Source: the human T2T-CHM13v2.0 reference genome, Homo sapiens. Taken from it: a stretch of 64,000 nt of DNA. Positions 57,694-64,000 of the stretch are shown here, in pieces. The stretch lies in assembly GCF_009914755.1 (NCBI RefSeq), contig NC_060933.1; one strand, given 5' to 3'. The position numbers and the translations under genes were made by a program. The notes under the pieces are model-generated. The model saw only the letters and a list, made by a program, of their open reading frames with translations, ran no database searches and was not told the DNA's origin. How positions within the stretch are numbered: position 1 is the first letter of the stretch; every line of letters starts with the position of its first letter.

Positions 57694-59693
57694 GACCTTT
57701 GCAGAGATTATGTTGGAGGCCTAGAGGGGAAGGATCATCATGTCCTGAAGTACTAGGTTGCGCATACCAGCAAATAGCAGCTTTATGGCTATCTCATATA
57801 ACTTGTTGGAAAACCCTGACATTTAACTAATCTTGTACTCATTTTACAGATTGAGAAATAGGTTTAGAATCATCACCCAACCAAGACTGTATAGACTGCA
57901 TGAATGAAGCATTATTTTAATTTATTCTGATAGGTTGGAGCAGAGCTCTACACTTAAAGCCATGCTTATCTTAGAATAATTTGGTGTCACTTGGACTAAT
58001 GTTTTCAAATATATATTTTCTAGTGTGACTTTTTACTTTACATAAAAGTCGTTTACACTTTTGTATGAAAAGTGATACAAATTAATGTGTATAAAAAGCA
58101 ACGAAAAATAATCATTGAAATAAACACTGTATGTTTACACCGTTGCTAACAACATCTCAGTGTGACCCTCACCTTGGGAAGTTTTATTAATCTGCAGGAA
58201 TACTGCAAATTAGTATAAGTAGAAAACTTTTGGAGTTTCTCTGAATGTCTTAAGATACTCAAAGTGAATTTCAGCAAGCCTGACTTTCTTATTAGAACCA
58301 GAAAGTTTTTAGAATTTCCTGTGCTTCAAATTAATGGGGCCTCCCCTTCTCATAACATGTCCTGTGGGGTTGAGTCTCTTCCAGGCAGACCTCTCTGACT
58401 GTTGGGGAATCATTGCTTGAGCATCAGAGGTGATACTGATTGTCTATTTAATGATCAATGACAAGACAGAAATCTAGCTATCCCTTTGAGGTGTTTGAAA
58501 AACAGAATTGTTTATGGTCCTGAGGAGTGGGCGGTGTGATTTGAATGGCAAGCAGGGAGAATAGCTTTGGAGATGCATTTAAGACACCTTGGAAAGGCTG
58601 AGAAGGGAGGGTTGTAAGCAGGCTGTGAATGGCTAATTACTGTGATTTTACCTATAGGTAATTGTACAAGCAGAAGTTGTGGTCAGTTTCTTAATACCCA
58701 GCTGGCACACATATAAATCAGATATTTTTGTTTTAACTCATATTTCTTTTTGAGGACTATTTTTAGGCCCTGCTTGCATAGCTATTTCTACTACCTTTGT
58801 CCTCGAGTTTTTAATTCTGCCAGAAATATTCAGAGTAAGGGGTGATGATTGGTTTCCTGGGTCTAAGTGAGAATGAATACTTTTAATACTACTATAAAAA
58901 AAATTTCAGTCTATTGTGTATATGATCCAGGAGTTTCATCTATAGGCAAGTTCGTTTATAAAATGAAACAGTTTATAAAATAAATTTTTATTTTTATTGA
59001 CATGGCGATTAAAAAATTTGAAAACAGCTATTGAAGGTATTGTTGCCAAGGTGGCAATATTTTCAACAGGTTTCTTCAGTACATTTATCCAAGTTAGTAT
59101 CTAGTTTCCCGATTTCCACCTCACAGTAGTGTTTGTTTAGGCGCTAGCCCTCTTACATAGGATGGCCCTTTTAGCCACTGCTTATGTTTCCTTATTTAGG
59201 ACAAAGTTCCACATACCTTGGTGCCTGGTATACTGGGCTTCTGTAAATTTAGAAAGGCTTACATAGATTTGAGGAACTGCTTTGTATTTAGGCTCATGGT
59301 TTTCTTGACTGCATGTTACTTGCTACAAGGAATGACAATGTTTTTGTAAAAATCTTAGTCTAGGAGTACGGGTTTCCACCATGAAGTAAGAGGCTCACTG
59401 ACTGAGGAAGAAAAAAATGAAGTGCTCTTGGCATAAAATCTTTGTTTTCTTCAATTTCTGGCAAACCTTGCAGACATTCTTGAAAGAACCTAGGGAGAAA
59501 AGGAGGCCTTTTTGCTGTGTTGACTCTTGTTTTCTTTTTGCTTAAGTATTTCAAGTTGATTAAGGCAAGCTGATTATGAAGTTACTGCTTGGCTTTAAGA
59601 TTGAAGCCTACATCAGGTGTTTTTAAGACCTGTATTGTTTAGCAGTGACTCTTTGATACTAACACTTTTAGAAAAATGTACACATGTATATGG

Positions 59694-61811
59694 CAGTGGT
59701 TCTCAGTCTTTTTGGTCTCAGGAAGCCTTATGTTCTTATCTCTTCTGAGGACCTGAAAGAAGATTGTTTTATTTCCTTTTTTGTGGGTTCATTTTATTGA
59801 TATTTACTTACTGGAAATCACACCAGGGAAAATTTAAATTATATTAATTCATTTAAAAATAGCAATAAAAACAACATTTACATAAAGTTACATTTATTTT
59901 CATAAAAAATAATGATTTTCCCAACCCATAAAAAATAATTAGAAACATCAGCAAGACAGTGGAATAGGACTTCACAGCGCTTGTCCCCTGGCAGAAACAT
60001 CGATTTAACAACTATCAATGCTCAAAAATGCCTTCAAAAGAGATACAGGAACCAGATGAGAGATGATGGCACCTGAGTATAGCACAGACATGAAAAAAGA
60101 TGCATTGAAGAGATAGGAAGGACAGTTTTGCATTACCTGTATTACCACTCCCCTAATCCCAGGCGGTACAGTGAGGAGAGGGATAGGGATACCTGTGTGG
60201 GAAGGAGAGTGATGTGAGAAACAGATTTTGCCTCAGATCCCAATCTAAGGTCCGTTGCAGTGAAACCCAGCACCACACAGTCCCACCGCCCTGGATTCCT
60301 GGCTGGTACCTGCAGACTGAGCCTCCAGGATTGCTCCAGTGTCAGGCCATCTCTCAGCCTCAAGACTAGCTCAAGTGTCAGGTCAGTACCCACATCCTTA
60401 GACTCCAGACCAGCACCCACGGAGCCAGCCTCCAAGTCTGCCTCAACAGTAGCCAGCATTTGCAGTCCCAGACTCCAGGCTCACTCCAGAGCCAAGACAA
60501 CCCCCACAGACCCAGGCTCCAAGCTGGTCCCCTGGTCTAGGATGTAGAGCAGCACTTGTGGACCTGGGTTTCATGCCTGCCCTAGTGAACCCTGGGTACA
60601 GGTCTACCATAGAAGACCCTGGCATTGGGCCAACTCCCACAGACCAAACATCCAGGAACATCCCTGTGGATGCAGTTGACAGGACCACACCAGTGGAATG
60701 TTGGTGCCAAGCTGGCCCCTGTGAACCCAAGATCCTGGCCTAACTCAGTAGACCCAAGCTTCAGTTCTTACGTGGTGGACTTAGGCTCCAGATCCAACCC
60801 CATGAACCCAGGTACCAGGCCAGCTCACATACTGACGCAGACACAAGGCCGGAGGATTCCAGGAGCAAGCCTACCCTTGGACCATGCCAGATGGCCTGCC
60901 TAGAAAATTTGGATGGACTGACTGGTGAAGGGTTGTCCAAGCCAAAGCCAGTCTACAAAGGTTGGAATAAGTCACTAGTTCTTCAAATGCATGGATACCA
61001 ACTCATGGTCACAAGAATCATGAATAATCAGGGAAACATGACACCACTGAGGGAACAAAATAAAACCTCAGTAACCAACAATAAAGAAATATAGATTTAC
61101 AAACTGCCTAAAAGTAATTCAAAATAATAATCTTAAAGAAGCTCAATGAGCTGCAAGTGAATACAGATAGACAACTAAATGAAATCAGGAAGACAATGCA
61201 CAAACAAGTTGAGAATTTCAACAAAGAGATAGAAGCCATAAAAGAGAACCAAACATATTCTGGAGGTAAAGAACACAATAACTGAACTGAAAAGTTCCAC
61301 AGAGGGCTTCACATTTCTGCCAGCCACCCAAGTCTGAATGACTGTAGTTTGTCTGCTAATAATTTTTTTCATGGAAAAAGTGGCGTTCCATGAAAATGGC
61401 AGGTAATTCAACCTGCAATTCAATTAATTGCTCAAGTGCTTTTTTAAAGAACACTCTTGAACTTTAGTGTGTACAGAAATATTTTATGCATACATTCTTT
61501 TTTTTTCACAGATTTAATAAAATTGATGCTTTTTTCCCCCCATCAAAGGTGTTATTAAGAGAAACTGCCTTTTTGTTACCTCTGTAAGTATGAGGTAGTC
61601 AATATTATGATTCCTTTGGTGCCACTGCCTTGATTCATGCTGAGACACCAACAATTTTACTCTCTACTACTTTCGTATCACCGTTACAAATCTCAAATGG
61701 TTAATAGTCAAATCATGGGTGTTATTATGAAAGTAGTTTTGACTATGTAGATGCCATGCAACAGGGTTGTGTATCCCCTGGAGTTCACAGATCATATTTT
61801 GAGAACTGTGG
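59694..61811. mobile_element. Charlie1-family hAT transposon split by an L1 (arms ~59694-59943 and ~61311-61811)
   Basis: cagtggttctcagtctttttggtctcagga at one end and catattttgagaactgtgg at the other (inverted termini). Confidence 0.72.
59944..61310 (+). mobile_element. Old L1M 5' UTR (with internal tandem repeats) plus start of ORF1; 3' part absent
   Basis: catcagcaaga..ggaatagg start, repeated cagacccaggctccag units ~60270-60890, then ORF1-like ttcaaaataataatcttaaagaagctcaatgagct...ttcaacaaagagataga. Confidence 0.75.
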
Positions 61812-61825
61812 TTATCTTTCAATTC

Positions 61826-62230
61826 CACTTGACTCCTTGAACATCATTGGTTTGAATTGTTTGACTCTACTTACATGCAATTTTTTTCAATAAATACATT
61901 AGAACATTTCTCATAGACTCAGAACAATTTGAAAAAACTCACAAATGAATCATGTAGCCTAGAAATATTTAAAAAATTAAGAAAAAGATATGTCATGAAG
62001 GCATAAAATATATGCAGATACAAGACTTTTATCATTTACTACTATAAACATAAATCTATTATAAAAAGTTAAAATTTGTCACAACATATGCACACAAACA
62101 TGGATGTAACCAAATATAAAGGTGCAGTATTAAATCATAAATGCATAAAATTAGCTGTAGTATATCCTATGCTATAATAATTTTTTAGCCATCTCCTTTT
62201 GCTATTATGGTGAGGCCAAGTGCTGCGAGA
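61826..62230. mobile_element. Tigger2-family (TcMar) fragment
   Basis: ttgactccttgaaca...ggtttgaa...gtagcctagaaata...aatctattataaaaagttaaaattt. Confidence 0.7.
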
Positions 62231-62801
62231 AACAGGTTACATTTAGAGTCAGATTACTTCATTGCAAATATAGGCAAAAACTCTTATCTTTTGTTTTCAA
62301 ATACTCTACCCATGGGTGAATACCAAGTGTTTTCCATTGTAAAAATAATAACAACAACAACCATGATAACGTGATTATTATGATAATAATGCCACCCTTT
62401 GTGCTACAGTTGGCATTTGACATATTTTGAGTTATTTTCAGCCTCATTCAGTCCTTCCCATTTTGCCATCAGTGCAAATCTAATTTGACTTTTTCTAAAA
62501 CAGGTAAGTCAACATGGGAAGGGCTGGAACACACTTACTCACCAGTGATTTGTAGTTAAGCACATTGCTCTACAGTATTTATTGATCAGACTTTGAAAGC
62601 TACTTATGCAGATATTTAGAATGTGTCACAGCCCTAGACACTGGGTGCAGCTTTTATTCTGGCCACTTGCTCTGATGTACTGCCCTCTGCTATAGGCATT
62701 GAAGAGTATTTTTCTAACATGTTTGTCTTTCTGTATTTTTCTGGTGCTCTGTAAGATTTTATAAAGTGCTGTTCTTGTGGAGTAAAGAAATATACATTTT
62801 A

Positions 62802-63105
<304 letters not shown>

Positions 63106-63737
63106 AAAGAAATATACATTTTAAAGACTTGACTCTCTAGGGGTATTTTATGAGAAGATCTGACTAGGGATTTTCTTTTATATCCATGTAATGCCAGTAT
63201 ATTGCTTGGTACTTTATAGCTGCTCTGTAAATGTTAATTGTAATAAATTCTTGAACCCAGAATTTAATTCAATGAAGTTCAGTTAAACTTTTATTGAGCC
63301 ATGTACTATGTTAGATGAAGAAAGTAAAAATATTGGCAAAGTAGTTTCTGGACTGTGAATTCCTCTCATAACTAGAAGATAATCTCATACACATAAACCT
63401 GTTTTAGTATTGGAGCTTTTACCGTAGCAGTAGAGACACGGAAGAAGTAATGTGGGAAGGAGGGAACAGTGTAATTATTTCTGGTAGGGATAGGGAGGGT
63501 TACAAAATGAGGGTGGTTGTCTGGCCGTGGGATCTGATCTAGTCTTTGAGGCTTGAGGAGGATTATAAGGCAACTTCCCTTATCCTGGCTCTCTCAGGAT
63601 GTATTTGAAAGACAAAGTAGGTTTGGTTTCCGGCCTTAATATCACAGATTCTGTGGAATGTTTATTTCTTTTGTACTCAGGGTGATTGTTTTCCCTGGTT
63701 CCCATGCTCATGGTATTTTCCTGCCTTCTCCCTTAAG

Positions 63738-63919
63738 AATTGCCTGAGGTTCTGTCCATTGAGGAGGAAGTGGAAGAAACAGAGTCTTGGGCGAAACCTC
63801 TCATCCACCTTTGGCAGACGAAGTCCCCTAACTTCGCAGCTGAGCAAGAGTATAATGCAACAGTGGCCAGGATGAAGCCACACTGTGCCATCTGCACTCT
63901 GCTCATGCCGTACCACAAG
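63738..63919 (+). CDS. KDM4C: KDM4C coding exon (probably exon 13, ~aa 596-656), leading into the PHD region (HCAIC)
   Basis: ttttcctgccttctcccttaag|AA acceptor and AAG|gtaaag donor. 182 nt, phase 1 to 0. Translates (E)[60 protein letters not shown]. Confidence 0.96.
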
Positions 63920-64000
63920 GTAAAGGAGCCTGCTATCATAGTTCCCTTCACTGCTCTGCCTTCCATGTGACCACATACCACAAGATCACTGTAAATTGTT

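Noticed and set aside
60142-61094. Cluster of overlapping ORFs
   Set aside because: Fall in the GC-richer tandem repeats of a decayed L1 5' UTR; ORF1 itself is broken by stops and frameshifts.

Overview
Hominoid (almost certainly human) genomic DNA inside KDM4C (JMJD2C/GASC1, JmjC histone H3K9/H3K36 demethylase), gene on the + strand. Five internal coding exons are visible (33280-33473, 36511-36749, 38692-39014, 42763-42871, 63738-63919). From my recall of the canonical transcript these are exons 9-13, about aa 308-656; they join in one open frame with GT-AG junctions. Exon 10 carries AAT (Asn) at codon 396, where I recall Asp in the reference. The rest is intron filled with transposons: an antisense SVA with a probable 3' transduction, about 25 Alu/FLAM copies including a rare AluYd, L1/L2/MIR relics, MLT2 and LTR22 LTRs, and MER/Charlie/Tigger DNA transposons. 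I found no rRNA, tRNA or CRISPR. The most interesting unexplained structure is a set of RNA-processing signals around the catalytic-domain boundary. (1) A dual-use YAG|GTGAGA site at 393/394 could be either a recursive splice site or an alternative last exon giving a Cys/His-rich tail in place of the Zn-binding CxC; it lies about 200 bp upstream of the SVA. (2) An in-frame stop at the exon-9 donor plus a nearby AATAAA could give a reader-less catalytic isoform. (3) Several stop-containing cryptic exons sit in the phase-0 intron before exon 9. (4) A candidate recursive site lies in intron 12. These are motif-based inferences; pseudo-exons are common in long introns, so all need RNA data. Exon and residue numbers and repeat subfamily names are from recall, not database searches.
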